DNA of 64,000 bases, from assembly GCA_002633005.1 (NCBI GenBank), contig NMRA01000036.1, positions 372,001 through 436,000 on the forward strand. Reading direction: 5' to 3'. Positions 38,952-52,928 of the stretch are shown piece after piece; position 1 is the stretch's first letter; every line of letters begins with the position of its first letter. The stretch is from Phoronis australis (taxonomy: Eukaryota; Animalia; Phoronida). Made by a program: the position numbers and the translations under genes. The notes below the pieces were generated by a model. That model had not been told where the DNA came from, ran no database searches, and worked only from the letters and a program-made list of their open reading frames with translations.

Positions 38952-39112
38952 CTGTTTGCAAAAGACTCGCGACATGTTTAGGTACCTTGCCGATAACGGG
39001 TTCTGTAAATCTTTGGTAAAAACAGAACTTTTGCCGGATACAATTCGCAGACTTCCATATAAAAACATTGTAGTTTTCTCATTGTCTTGCGTTTGTGGGA
39101 GTTGATAGAACA
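38952..39112 (-). CDS. Corin-like gene exon: end of TM plus SEA domain N-terminal part
   Basis: VFYQLPQ...FLYGSLRIVSGKSSVFTKDLQNPLSARYLNMSRVFCKQ, a SEA start pattern; gtttcag| acceptor, |gtgaga donor; 161 nt, phase 1-0. Confidence 0.88.
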
Positions 39113-39934
39113 CTGAAACCAGAATTTCAATTATTAGAGATTCAGAAGGGAATTCTGAATTAACATGAAAGGGAGCAAGTAGCTGCATCTATAGGGGCCA
39201 GTGGCAAAAATTTTTGTGCAAAGGCTGGAAAACATCTGACATGAAACTCTTTGGCAAAACGCATGTAGACCCATGGGCTTCTTTGTGAAGCTGCGGCTAC
39301 ATCCGGAATTAAGTGCGTACGGCTATGAGCGAAACACTTGTCTTTTTATCAGCACAATACAAGACCCATTCTTTTAAATGATATACAGTGAGAGCAGGTG
39401 AAGCCAGCGGGGGGAGGGGGGTGTTGGCAAGCGCTCACTGACTAATGACGGTTATGGGGCCAACGCCTCCTATGGCGATCATAAAGAACTATCTTGAATA
39501 GCGACGACATTGGAGGAAAATGTAAGTATCAAATTTCCATCATGATCAGTGAAATAAATTACTGTACGTCCTAAAAAGTTCGTGAGTTCAAATCCTAACA
39601 GTGACAATGGATTGCCAAATAGCGATTGTAAATAAATATTATTGTACCACTCAACAGAGCTCGTCGTTCACCTGATGATAGCCACAGAAATCGTCGAACG
39701 AAACGTCGAACAACAACCGATATTAGGTTGGTGCAAATAGACTAACGGGTGAATCACGGAGTTCTACGGAGTCCTATCTCACTTAATATGCTAAAGAGAA
39801 ACTGCCCAAGTTACGTGTCTACATGTAATTAATTGAGGATTTTGCATGTGAGATTGTAAAGCTAAAAAGAGTAACTATGGGGATGTGTAGTTATTACCTG
39901 GATTTTGTACACATAGCGAATTTTGCATTCTTAC

Positions 39935-40397
39935 CTGTAAAATAAACGACAAGTGCCGTGGAGAGACTCAGTACGATGAACAACAAGACAAAAATAAATA
40001 CAATTTTCTTCCTCTTGGTAATGTTTTTCCCAAATGTGAGACTGTTTCTTGGCGACGCTAACGGCGCCGTTGAACGAACTGTCGACGCTGTCGATGCCAC
40101 GGAAGTCCTGACTGAATTAGCATCACATTTTTCGCGCACAGGTTTCCCGTTTTTTGTATAACTTATGGGTATGTTTACACTTGATGGTATAGGCACTGGG
40201 ATATCCGGCTTAGGCTCATTGCCATTGTCTGAAATGTATCTCCCACTCGGAAAATGACTGATACTCCGTAAGGTGTCGTGCAATGTTTCTGGTATTGTGC
40301 TATACACGTGACATTCTGAAGGAGTTTCGTATCCATCCACTCCTTCTGGGCGATCAGGCATGAATACTGGATTGGTGAAACTGCCTTCGAAGCTTTC
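39935..40397 (-). CDS. Corin-like gene exon: cytoplasmic tail and type II signal-anchor TM
   Basis: 463-nt open exon; cttttgcag| acceptor, |gtaaga donor. Ends KRKK-IVFIFVLLFIVLSLSTALVVYFT (basic cluster then hydrophobic span, N-in topology). Phase joins the next exon. Confidence 0.88.
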
Positions 40398-40811
40398 CTG
40401 CAAAAGTAGAACAAAACAAAGGTTATTTTGTCCGCCGGGCTTTGGTGATGTTGTAATGCTCAAGGAGAAAAACTTGCATCACGGAAGGCACGTCATATTT
40501 TTCACTTACTTTAACTTCAAATGGACCCAGGCGGAATTATTAGTATATAAATTAATGTAAAAAGCAGTTATTAAGAGATATTATTAAGAGGGTTAACATA
40601 ACTAAAGTACTTTACACAATTAAATCTGTAAAAAAGTTAAAAAGCATAAATAAACTACAGGCGCTGTGCCAGGGTTTTGATCAGGAGTCCGAAAAGAGAC
40701 AAACATAGGGCTTGCTTGAGATTTCCCAATACAAAAAATGCAAAAGCAATCGAGATGAAGAGTATCCGAACTCCTGAAACATCCTCTGAATCTGCGCCTG
40801 TATATGGTGGG

Positions 40812-41044
40812 AAAAAGTAAAAATCAACTTTACTGAAAGCTTATCATTTTAATATCAGTTTTTGTCTATAAAAAGTAAAAATCAACTTGACTGAAAGCTT
40901 ATCATTTTAATATCAGTTTTTGTCTATAAAAAGTAAAAATCAACTTTACTGAAAGCTTATCATTTTGATATCAGTTTTTGTCTATAAAAAGTAAAAATCA
41001 ACTTGACTGAAAGCTTTTCATTTTAATATCAGTTTTTTGTCTAT
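40812..41044 (+). repeat. 58-bp tandem repeat, 4 copies
   Basis: Unit AAAAAGTAAAAATCAACTTTACTGAAAGCTTATCATTTTAATATCAGTTTTTGTCTAT. Confidence 0.96.
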
Positions 41045-44000
41045 TTTTAAATATAAGGCAACTGTTATGCTTATTTCCTTTCAACTATGTAAGTGCACCG
41101 AACAACCTTCCACATTATGCAAATTGCCAAAACTTTTTACCAATATTCTTCATTGAAAATGTTCACCATAAAGATCATCTGGCTATACTTTGTGCAATAA
41201 TCTGAATGTGTTTTTGTCAATCTTCAGTACTTTTCCATCTTAAAGATTCTGGAAGAGTGTCTTGAAATTGAAAAATGTCAACACTCCATTGTATGGGACA
41301 ATTCAAGTTTCACTCAAATGCTCGTGGGCAAGTTCTCCTGTTTCACTTTATTGTTTCGCATACCGGTATTAGTCCAAACTCACGTATAAACTTAGATGTA
41401 CAATAGGCTTAGGTTTACTTAGAAATTTATCGTTCGTAACGCGCAAATGTCATATTTCTATTCTTAAGGACTTAGTAATTTACTAACAAATTTCTTCACT
41501 ATCACCAACAAACCAACTCTAAATACATCGAGTTTTAAATAAAAGTGTGTTGTTGCGAGCCAAATGTTGAATAACAGGGCCTTGGTTTCGATTCCATGTC
41601 ATCATCTTCGGTTTGCAGCGAGGTGGTTTTAGTTCTTCGTGACGACATGCCGACTTCTTGCAGACTGAGATCTGTCGCGGTGTTGACAAGCAAGAAAACA
41701 GACACAGCAGGCCCTGAACCGCAATTATGCTGTTAAAATGGGCACACGTCATTCGAAATGATACATATATGTTAAATTACACGTGTTTTATATGGGTGAA
41801 TGTCATTAGCCTCGGTTGCTGTGTTAAGTATTTTCACAAGGCCGAAGGCGGTGTTAATTTACTCGGCACTGTACCTACATCCTAAATACTCTAGTTTTCC
41901 GCATATAAGCGCGCACGCCTATTTTTCACTGCTAGACACAGGTGACTATCCTTTGGTTATGCGCGTGCCTGAATTTTGCGTCTTACCTACTGCTTAGCTA
42001 CGAATAAGTCAATCTTCACTCACACACTTTACACTTTTTTAAAACTTGTTCCTAGGTTTTTCTCAGTCTCGATTTGTTTAGGGTGCAAATACAGCTACGC
42101 CATAAAGCATCGCTCAAGCGCAGGCACCTATCGCGTTCATACAAACCAGTAAAAAGCGTAAATTGAAACATCGGCAAATGGGCACTTTTCACTTTTCGCC
42201 TTGAGGTATTAATCGCGATTTTAATTAAGGCTTTTAAAAACCTATAACTAGCAAAACCCCATTAAGTCAAACGTTATTCACTATGGTGTCATTTTAAGCT
42301 GATATTTTCCACACTATCAGAATTTAATGTAGATTGCTTAAGTTGAATTTTTTAAAAATGTGGTAGCGAACTAACAAAATGACCGTCACAGTGGATTGAC
42401 ACGCGAACGTAGAAAATTGATAGTAAGAACTCAAACATGCCCAGGGCTGCAATTAACAAAATACACCTAATTAACAAAATACACCTAATTTAGCGAATTT
42501 TTCATTTGTTGATACTCCTTCCGTGCTCTAAAATGGCGAACTCAATAGAAAGAGTTCCTTTTAACATTATCAAAACAATTCAGAAGCAAACCGCTTTAAA
42601 AGGGGACTGTAGTCAAAATAATGTTGCAGTTAATCGGTTCTAACATACAAATAAAACTCACATTTGCCTGACTTGCGTGCCAAACAAAAGCCAATTCGTA
42701 TTCATGGTCAAAACACTGAATTCTGAAAGCGATCGCAGATTGGCTGATGTGTCAGTGACGTGAACGGCGGGGTATCGGCTGCTTTGCACATTCATTGCTT
42801 ATGTCATATTTAAAGAGTTTACATCGTAATTTATCATTGTATCAANNNNNNNNNNNNNNNNNNNNNNNNNNNNNNNNNNNNNNNNNNNNNNNNNNNNNNN
42901 NNNNNNNNNNNNNNNNNNNNNNNNNNNNNNNNNNNNNNNNNNNNNNNNNNNNNNNNNNNNNNNNNNNNNNNNNNNNNNNNNNNNNNNNNNNNNNNNNNNN
43001 NNNNNNNNNNNNNNNNNNNNNNNNNNNNNNNNNNNNNNNNNNNNNNNNNNNNNNNNNNNNNNNNNNNNNNNNNNNNNNNNNNNNNNNNNNNNNNNNNNNN
43101 NNNNNNNNNNNNNNNNNNNNNNNNNNNNNNNNCTGTTATGATGTCCCGAAAGACGTCTCAAATTTTTATGAAATGGCGCGTGCGCCGTGTCACGAGCGTG
43201 CTGTTCTTGAAACGGACGACACACTTCTTTGTTAAAAAGGCGGCAAATTATGCTACCAAAGGACGTTTATTTGATTGTTTTCCACTTAAACGGCTGCAAC
43301 GAACAATAGAAGTGTCGGGTGACTATATCAGATTTTGCATGCGCCCCCGCCGGTCCGTTAGCTTTATATGTTGATGTAGCCTAAGTTTTACGACTAGGTG
43401 ACGAGCATAACTGAGTCAACTATACCCGGGTAGTCAACGGCTGTCTGAAATTTCGGGGTTAACGGAGCTCAACACACAGTGGTACGATAGTCTTCATACA
43501 GGTACAGTCGGTAATTTACCAACCCTTCAAGTTTACAGAGCTGCCGGAGTATTGGCTGACAACTGGCTGACTGGATGGCTAGAGTCCACATTGCCCTCGG
43601 CACAGTCACCGACACCAGTTACACCGGCAAATTTTCGTCTGACGATGACGATGACTTGGTATCACTTTGTGTTGCCTCGGCTCACACAGGTATCCCTTGT
43701 GACCCGAAATTTCACACTAAAATTTCTTATTCCGACAATATAAAAAACGCTAATTGATTGCACGCTAACACAGGACAGTGACTTTGCCCCCGCCAAATAC
43801 GTCACGAGACTAAGCAGCGCTCCAAGCCGGTAATTTTTTGAGCTTCGTTAGAGAACATAAGTTTAATTTTTGGTGTTGAATTATTTGTGAAATTAATCAA
43901 CAATTCATAGAAAACTATCCAGAATTCATTCAGAATAAAATACAGTTCCCTTTTAAGGTTTAACCGTGCGGAATTTCTATTTGTGTTATACAACGCACGA

Positions 44001-45793
44001 GACATGCAGTCGACTTAGCAACGAATATGCGCCCACACTTCCAACTATTTTCTAGGTACCAAAGGCATACTTAATAAACACACCAAATGTCCGAAGTTAC
44101 TCATCCTTGACAAAAGCCATCCGGCTCACATCTCGTGTACACCCTGTAGCCCACACACTGGCCACGATGTCCACAAGTACTAGCCTCCGTCCAACTATGT
44201 TTAACGTTCACACAAATGATAAAATAGCCATGTACTTTGTTTTATTTAATGCGCAACAAGCCGTGGCTAACAAAATAAACTCGTTCCACGCACTGTGTAC
44301 TTTTAGCACGAGGCAATCGCGGCGTCAAACAAAATAAAGTTTACTGTACAGAAAACCCTGGCTTGAGAAAAAACGAGAATATATCCACATGACGTATTGC
44401 ATGCAATGAACTTGATCACACTGACTTCTTTAGAGAGATTTTCGCGCCTACGAAACTCTAGTAAGTCGAAACTGTTGGTGGAAAACTTGTTTCAAAAGAG
44501 TATACCTCATTGTACAATTTAAATACGCAATTGCACGAGGATATCCCCGACTCACAAGTAGTGCGACTACTACATTGGGACACGCATATATTTCGATGGA
44601 AAGTTTTGATTTGCTTGAATTGCAAGTTTAACAAAAGAAATAATTGAGGTCCTGAAATAAAACGAAATATCACCACTATTTTTTAGTCTACTCGTCTTTT
44701 TGGTGTCTTAACAGTCTCATTCATCTTTATCCTTAGTTCGAAGGTGCAGATTTCCGGGCCTACGAAAGTGCGCGTAGTCTCGATTTAAAAATGTTTCGTT
44801 ATGAACTTGAAAGGCCGTGTTACTGAAGGTTTTCATAAAATTAATTTAATTTAAACTGAATGGAATAGTGCGATTATAATCAAATATACTGTGCTTGCAA
44901 AGCGGTCAAACAAGAAAGCTTTACCTTCTGTTAATACAGGTGAGGTCGATCTACCGATGAACATTCATCTGCCATTTACTTTCACTATATCTAGACCGTA
45001 TACACTACACAACTGTACGGTAATCATAAATACCTTACATATTTTTAGTCAATTAAGCTAATAAATAACACATATAAAGCCAATAGTATTAGTTTGTAGA
45101 TTTTTATTAGTTCCATTAATGGTTTTATAACATGTTGTGGACATAGTCACGGCAAATCCGTCCTGTTAAAATTGACCTTTTATTGTTGTCTCTACCTGAT
45201 TTGACACGTCAAGTCATAAAATGGATTAGTTGGGATCTCTGTTCGAAGAGCTTTTAGCCTCGAGCTTTTTTGCTCACAAGAGAGAAAAGAGAACTCGCAA
45301 AAGTTATTAGGTGCAATGAAATCTTAACAGCCATCTAGATAATTGACTCGACGACCAATTTTGAAGGGGATGTAAAACCCAAAAATGCATTGCAGTTTTT
45401 CATGTTGTTATTTTTATAGTTGAATGGGAAAATACAGGTGACCCAAAAACCCATGAAAGGTCCTGCTTTTCTTTTCAGTCAAGCTAGAAAATATGGCTAT
45501 ATCGCCTGGGAAATTACAATAATATATGACAATTTACCAATTAGGCCGAAAAAAGATGGAAAGTCCGCCAAGAGCTGGACAATTGCCAAATACAATGGAC
45601 GGTGTCAGCAGCACAATGTACTGGATTGGGTTCTTTTACGAGGTAAACTTTTCGTTTTTAAAAATTTTATTTCACAGTTATAGGTAATACTACATGGGCC
45701 TACTTCTCAGAAATCTAATTAACAAGAATGGCAACTGGGCAACAGGTGAACATTGCATAAATTGATTATTATAGAAACAGTTCAAAACAGTAC

Positions 45794-45852
45794 CACACAC
45801 ACACACACACGCACACGCACACGCACACGCACACGCACACGCACACGCACAC
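45794..45852 (+). repeat. (CA)n(CACACG)n microsatellite
   Basis: Directly visible. Confidence 0.95.
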
Positions 45853-48800
45853 TCACTTAGCTAAACAAACCAATTATGAGAATTTTTCAAAAGTTACGTA
45901 AAGACACTTGTTTTTAGGGCTTAAACTTTTCATTTCGACCACATGTAAATTCTTTCCGTAAAATATTGTAACATAATTTAACACCCAAAATGTCTTGTTG
46001 AAAAACTCAAGTAGTATGATACATGTAGGTTGTCGAAAGTGGTTCTGCTGAAAAGACATCTGAGGCTATTCCTGGCGTCCAGCCAGGGCCACAGGTTGTT
46101 GCGTATAAAGAATGGCCAGTTTAATTGTCGGGTTTGTTGACTAACTTTGCCAAGAAATCGATGATTGTATAGAACCGTACCTCAGAAGAGCCTCGCTTTA
46201 TGAACAATAATAACAAAATAGAAATGAAGCAATGAAATTAGTCTTGATTTGATAACTACAACTCTCGATCAAAACCCAGTTGAGCAGGCAGCTAGAAATT
46301 CTCAGTGTAAACTCTCGAGACTAGTCTCGGGGTTGCAAGTTCTAATAATAAAATACGAAGGTCACGTGCGGGACCTGACATTCCAGGGATAGGATTCTAT
46401 AGATAAACCAAGGAGTACAATTCATTACCCATTTAACAGACTTTTAAAAAAGTTTTTGAAATATGCTTGGGGGGGGCTATGGCCCCCACTTATTTCAGTG
46501 CTGTGCCGCCCACGTTCTGAGGGATGACGAGGGATGGGTAAGCCGTTGTTACTGTCTGTTATACTCCAATACCGGGTTTAGTATTCTTTCAACAGGGGTA
46601 CACATTCATTAATTATATTTCCATTTTTGTCTTTTTCTTGATCTCATCAGTTTAAAATGCATTGGTACAAGTTTGGCTGCATTTCAATGACGAATTGTGC
46701 AATAGTTTTGACATGGCATAGTTACGTGAACATTTTCACGTAATGAAGCAGGACAAGTGCTTGATCCGTGTATTGCACTGTGGGTAAATACCTCAGAATG
46801 AGAGAGATACTTTGGTATTTCAGGACGGGTCTATTGCCTGTCATTACAAAAAAAAAAACACGACATGGTCTGCATCAGTCAACTTTCTTTCACAATAACG
46901 GTTTGCACTTTTTGATAAAATGCGCAAAACAGCGTAAATGTAAGTGAAAGAAATGGTTATGACAAGAGGTCATGGTTGAATTACTCGCGATGGTAATGGG
47001 TGAAAAGATGGTGACGATCGATCAACGGGTGTTGAAGAACAAGGGGCTAGTGAGGCCCAGGAATCCAACTGTAAGTTTAACATCTCATTCTCAACGACTA
47101 GTCCTGTGTTTATTTCGCCGTCTGAGTTTTCTTTTATTTTCCATGATATTTAAAGCGTTAAACTCTGGATAGTTAATATCTTCCTTTCACTCAGATAGCA
47201 ATTTAAGCGTTCAGCAATTATATATTTGGACTGCGGCGTATTTTTGCACGCTATGCCAAAGTGCGTACGATATGCTGGCATATTAGATGACAATTTAGTC
47301 GTCATAACCATTAACTAACCAGTTTGGACTTAAACATAAGGTGATTAACTTAAAATCATTCTGTCCTAGCTGGAAATGATATAAACATCCACCATAACTA
47401 ACCGTAAATGGGATATTTCCTTTAAGTTACTTCCCAAAGCGTAACTTGCAAACCAGATTACGCAGCCAACACTAGTAGTAAAGTGAGCCTTAATTTCCAC
47501 ACCACAATAAATAGAATTTGCCTTCCTAAACTGATGTCAACGGTCGCGGCATAAGCAAGTAAGGAAGAACGACGGGGTTGGCCAACCGAAGCCAACTACC
47601 AGTGGATAGTGATCTCGCAAATCCGTCTGGCGACAAAAACCAATCAGCATAGAAAGTAATTAGGTAAAGCGTAAACATGACTATTTTACGATCATCAAGT
47701 TCAGGCCGATGTTTAGGCTACGAGCAGAGAGGAAATGGTCCATTATCTATATCTATATGTGCCACTGATCAACATGTAAACAGCACTGTTTATGATGCGA
47801 GCCGATAACTCTACTGTACACTGTGTGGCCAGGACCGTTTCTTTGAGACATCGAAAAATGTTGAAGATGAAAAATCTCGTTGTTTTTATTGATATACAGT
47901 ATTCAGCATTGCTTTCACAGCATGACCCTGAATCAAGTCGTTCCCAGTCACGTACGCCGTAATCACTTCCAATCTGACAACAAACAGGTTTCATAGCAGT
48001 AAGTAGCCTAAAATTATTTCTTGACATGTAGTGGGTTCATAAATGTATGCGGTTTTAACAAACTACGAGGGTGCGGTTCTACAATTTTTATGTGCCTGAT
48101 AACAACCGCCACGCGCACTAATGCAGCGTCGTTTTGCTATTGTTGAACTAATAAGGGCAATGCAACAATCAAAATTTGTCCAGTGAATATTTTTTAAAAT
48201 AAATTATGCCAACCAGCTCAAAAGAAAAGACCGCAGAAAGCTCAAAAGCACACGATTAACAAGTAGGGAATTCTCTAGTCTAGTGTTCTCGCTCAAAGCG
48301 ACAAAAATAGTCTCTCACCTGCTTAATACGCCTTGTTCCCCGATTCTTAGTTGATGAAAGATTTCAGAGTCATTCCTTAACACTCATACACTCGTATAAG
48401 TATGTATCCACAATAGGCAGTGATTCAATTTCAATTCTCGTGTTCATCTGTTCAATCAGCCCGAGAGCATTTCTACCGATCCCATGTTTATTCTCTGCAT
48501 ATGCACAGAGACCGTACTTGGCGCGACTGGGCACTCATTTGTGAATTAAGTAATCAATCACCAATTCGCCTGGCACATGTTTGCACTGACCCGATTTTAG
48601 AATAGAATTCTGGGAGTGCGTACGTATGTAATGATAAATAATTTCGTGTTATAATATTGAAGTGTGGTTGAGCGAATGACGGGGTACACGTACATACCCA
48701 TACGCCGTTTCTATTAGTCCGTAGTGCATCGTGATGCGAAATGACGTTAAATCGTTTTAGCGATATATGTTTCCAGTTGTCCGTAATGCGTATAGCGTAG

Positions 48801-51800
48801 GAGCTAACTGCGTTTATTTGAAACGGATTGTGTAGCGACTGAATAAGCATAACGACAGGAGACTGAGACGGCCGCGATTTCATGGCAACAGCGACGGGTT
48901 TTCCCACAAGCTCCAGTGGCATTTTAATTAGTAGCCGGAAGTCAAAATGGCGACTGCTTATCATTAGTCCTTGACAAAAGAAAATACTTTCCCAAAATTC
49001 GTCAACTATGTGTAGTGAATTTGCGTTCTCACAGCGTCGTTCACGTGCGAAAATGTTGTCTGCTCCCTGGAATGTTCGAGTGCTGAAAATGGTCAACATT
49101 TACCGTTTTCATAGCAAGGTTTGACTGTGGATCTATAGATTTTTACCTGATAAAACTGTATTACAAAAAGCGCGCCATATGACATTTCTTTGGAGATGCA
49201 TCTTTTTACACGGTCAGTGGAACCACGAGAATGCATTGGTTATCACAATGGGTGCACCACTTATCACACATAAGGTACTACGCACTTATGGAAACACAGT
49301 TAAACAGTCACCTTGAGCAAGTGAATCTGGTTTGACACCCAGATTTAATGCTTTCTAGCGCTTTTTGGGCTTAACTCTTAATACAGTACACTAAAATTTT
49401 CTATTGAAAAAATTATTTCAAATAACTCGCAATGCTCTAAGAATGAATCAGGTTCACGCCGGGTTAACATTTAACCAATAAAATAATGTATTTGGCCACA
49501 TAATATGCTTCCGATATCACTGAGTCACCAACTTGTCCAACTTGGCGTTCCATATTGCTGAATGATATCGGCAGCGGGGAGTCGTGAACCATAACAGCAG
49601 GGGTGGGTCATGAATATTATAATTTTACTACACTCGTGGGAAACAAACTAAAAAACATTGGTAATTTTTGTAATCGAATTATTTAGCCGCATTGTTGTAT
49701 TCAAACTGGTTTGACTAGTTCATCGCAACAATAAGACCGACAATGCAGTGTGAATTTCAACTCACAAGCCTACTGCAAAACGGCAGTCTGATGATACGTA
49801 TCCCAAATATCACTTCAGAGAATATTTTCATCTTACACAACATATTATTCACGACGCAAGCAAACCAAACAGACGGTCATCGTGTATTCCATTTTCTTAC
49901 ACGCTCGAAAGCCAAACATGAGTTAATGCATTAAAGCACCGGCTAATCATCATCATGTCGGATATTTAAAGGACACCACCCAGGAATTTGAAAACGATCC
50001 GTTAAGTACATACTTAGCTGACAAAATTTTTATTTAGCAGGTTGTCCAACAATGCATTTATATTGTTTGTTAAAATTGTCATGCTTTTTAACTAATAAGG
50101 CCAAGTTTCATTCTCTTACTCGTAACAGTGCGTGCAGGTGACACATGCTGTTGCAAAAACATAGGTTCCAAACGATTTTCGGGGTGGGGGTAATGCCGTA
50201 GAATATGTAAACATTGATGATAACTCACTCATTCTTTAGTAAAGACATTTGAATAAAAAACCATTTGCACCACAGAAACAGTTCCAACTGAGTATTACTA
50301 ATAGTTTAAAAGCGGGGGTCTTGTGAACTTGTACTTAATTTCCAACGACTACATGCTAAGTATAGGAGCGTAAAATTACGAGCGAAAAATACGAGGGTAA
50401 AATTACGAGGTAGCCCTTCTTCAGAGCTCACGTGACCTGCAAACCAATTTCTCACTGGATATTACCATTACAGCCGTAAAACATGACCGAAGTCACGCCC
50501 GTAATTACGAGCGTAACTACGGGCGACACTTTCATCCGAACGGTCCGCGATGTGATTTGGATCATTGCGTCTGCGATATACAGATAACAACGAATAACAA
50601 CATGTAGAACATCACTCTCAGTCTCTAAAGTCAAAAGTTTAGAATTGGAGCATTGCAAACTGGTATAACGCTAACAAAGGCGAGACAAGCGATATTCTAC
50701 ACATATCTTCAAAACAAATTAACGCGTTATTTAAAGGCCTAAATTAACTCGCCAATAATCCTGATAGGTTTGGACTTCCATAACTGAACGCCATGCCGCT
50801 GAGCCAAATCCCACGCGTTAAATAGCAGAGAAATGTGTCATAACTATCTAATACACGTCGTAGAAGGTCGTTATGTCTTGGAACACAACTTTGCCTAAGT
50901 TTTGCAAACCAAAACGTTATCTGTGACAGTTGCAAGGCTTAAACGAACCAAAATACAACACCGTTGCTAACAAACACGTAAGGGGGGGGNGGGGTGGTGG
51001 TGAAAGAAGTCGGCAGTTTCTGCGCAAATATCAACATATTTCAGATAAATATCTTGTTTTCCACTCCATATTTTATCAACAGCACCTCTACCGTAACGTT
51101 AATATATATATACCACGATTTAAGAAAAGAAGTCAACAGTTAATCTGATGACCTATTTTTTACTTGTGTCCCACTGATTTGGAAACGAGAATTGTCTTCG
51201 AGGGTTCCTTGTGGCGGACGCGGAAACAAATGTAAGTCTCCTTTTACCAATGAGATAAATATGTATATAGCACATTGCCTTTTGCCCTCTGACACAACGC
51301 CACCAATACTGAAAAGTGGCCCTGTGGAAACATGATGAACGACACACGGAATTCCCTGTGTGAGCATCAATGCGCATGCTCGGTCGGAATTTTATGGATC
51401 ACATCGCCACCACTTGCACGCGCCTTCTGTGCACTGAACTTGTTTGGGCTTAGCCACGGGATCGGCGTTCAATTGATTTTGTTTACTTCGATCACTACCC
51501 GTTTTAATGAATTGCAATAAATATTCAAGTCAAAGGTGGTCGCCATACTACGTCACATTAAACTAGAAGGGGTTTCCCAGATTTCAACCAATGGGGATGA
51601 CTGAATGTTACGACGTCGGTTTTATTACTTTAACCAATGAGAAGCTACCTTTCGTAGCGCTGTGAAAGAGTGTATTCTCCTTCTTAACAACTCATTTCCT
51701 TAATCTTGGATTGCAAATTCTTATGTCAGGTACCTGAGCGGAACCGAGGATGCAATGGATTTTGTTATAATCCAGGTATGCTTTGAAACAACTGCGAAGG

Positions 51801-52928
51801 TAGCACATTTCAATTTGTTTAGAAAACTGTTTCTCGAGAAAACCGCAAGTAAATCAAGGACAAGTGAGTGGCGCTGGTTTCCGACTGAGTACTTCAAACG
51901 TATTTTAGTATTTACTATTAAAAAATAGTAAAGATAAACCGGCCTGGCAAACAACGGCAAGAATTGGCGATTTGTAATAACAACACACAAACACAAAAAC
52001 AACGGATTCTGTTTTTATAGCAGGTCCTGGCCAAAGTTAAGTCTATCTCATTCAACAAAAATCCCCAAACAGCGTTTTTCAACCGCAAAAACGATAGCCT
52101 CTTTCAGAGCCGCATACAGACTTCACAAAACTGGGACCAAGAGCAATGTAGCGGCATCGCTCGCCTCTTACGACAGGAGCGCAACAACAAACTTGTTCCC
52201 TTTCCATATAGTCATCATAATACAATTCACGGGTGTTGACTGGGTCACAACAAATTCACAAACTGATAGTCAAATAACTAATAACAAAATTAGCAATCTT
52301 AAAACGTTTAAGACACTCGTCCGCGGCAGGCGCACCGCTTTAGCAAACGTTTATCCGTGTCGAGGCAAGTTGGCTCACTCATTTGTGCAGGATGGACGAC
52401 AGGAGGAAACAAACCTGTGAGCAAGATAGTGTACCGTAGACCAAGGTTCTTGCTAGAACAGCACGATCACACTAGACCACGCAAAATCTCGTAAATGAAA
52501 GTATGCTCGTAAAAGTACTATCGTAACCTAGCAAAATGGCGGTCGGCGAGATTAGAATCTTGAATGGAATGTTAGAATTCAGAGCCCACAAGGTCTCGAT
52601 ATTGCGACCGAATATCGTCCGCATTTAAAAATCATGCAAAATTAACCTCACCAGGCCCAAAAATTCCCCTCAACGATAAAAAACTCTCCTCAAGGTGAGA
52701 ATCACTTTTGACTCACACAGGCTCTTGGTTCAGGTTTTATTTCTGCGAAAATCTTCCGCCTTTCCATTGTTTACAGCCTCGAAGAGGAGAACAGAATGTG
52801 AATATTAATTTATCACAAGTGCAGGGGTGATCACGTGGTATTGAGCAAAGAAAGTCATTTATGGGATTTCTGGCCATTTCCGAAAAAGATCACCTGGCTT
52901 GACGGGCAGTCTGCTCTGAGCAGTTTAA

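Noticed and set aside
40812-41044. 58-bp repeats as a possible CRISPR array
   Set aside because: No unique spacers; a simple tandem repeat.
30845-43235. Long ORFs spanning N runs (305, 260, 255, 225, 224, 204, 146, 141 aa)
   Set aside because: Artefacts of translating assembly gaps.
48880-48955. ETS (CCGGAAGT) plus YY1 (AAAATGGCG) motif cluster suggesting a promoter
   Set aside because: No supportable downstream gene; such motifs recur in repeats throughout the window.
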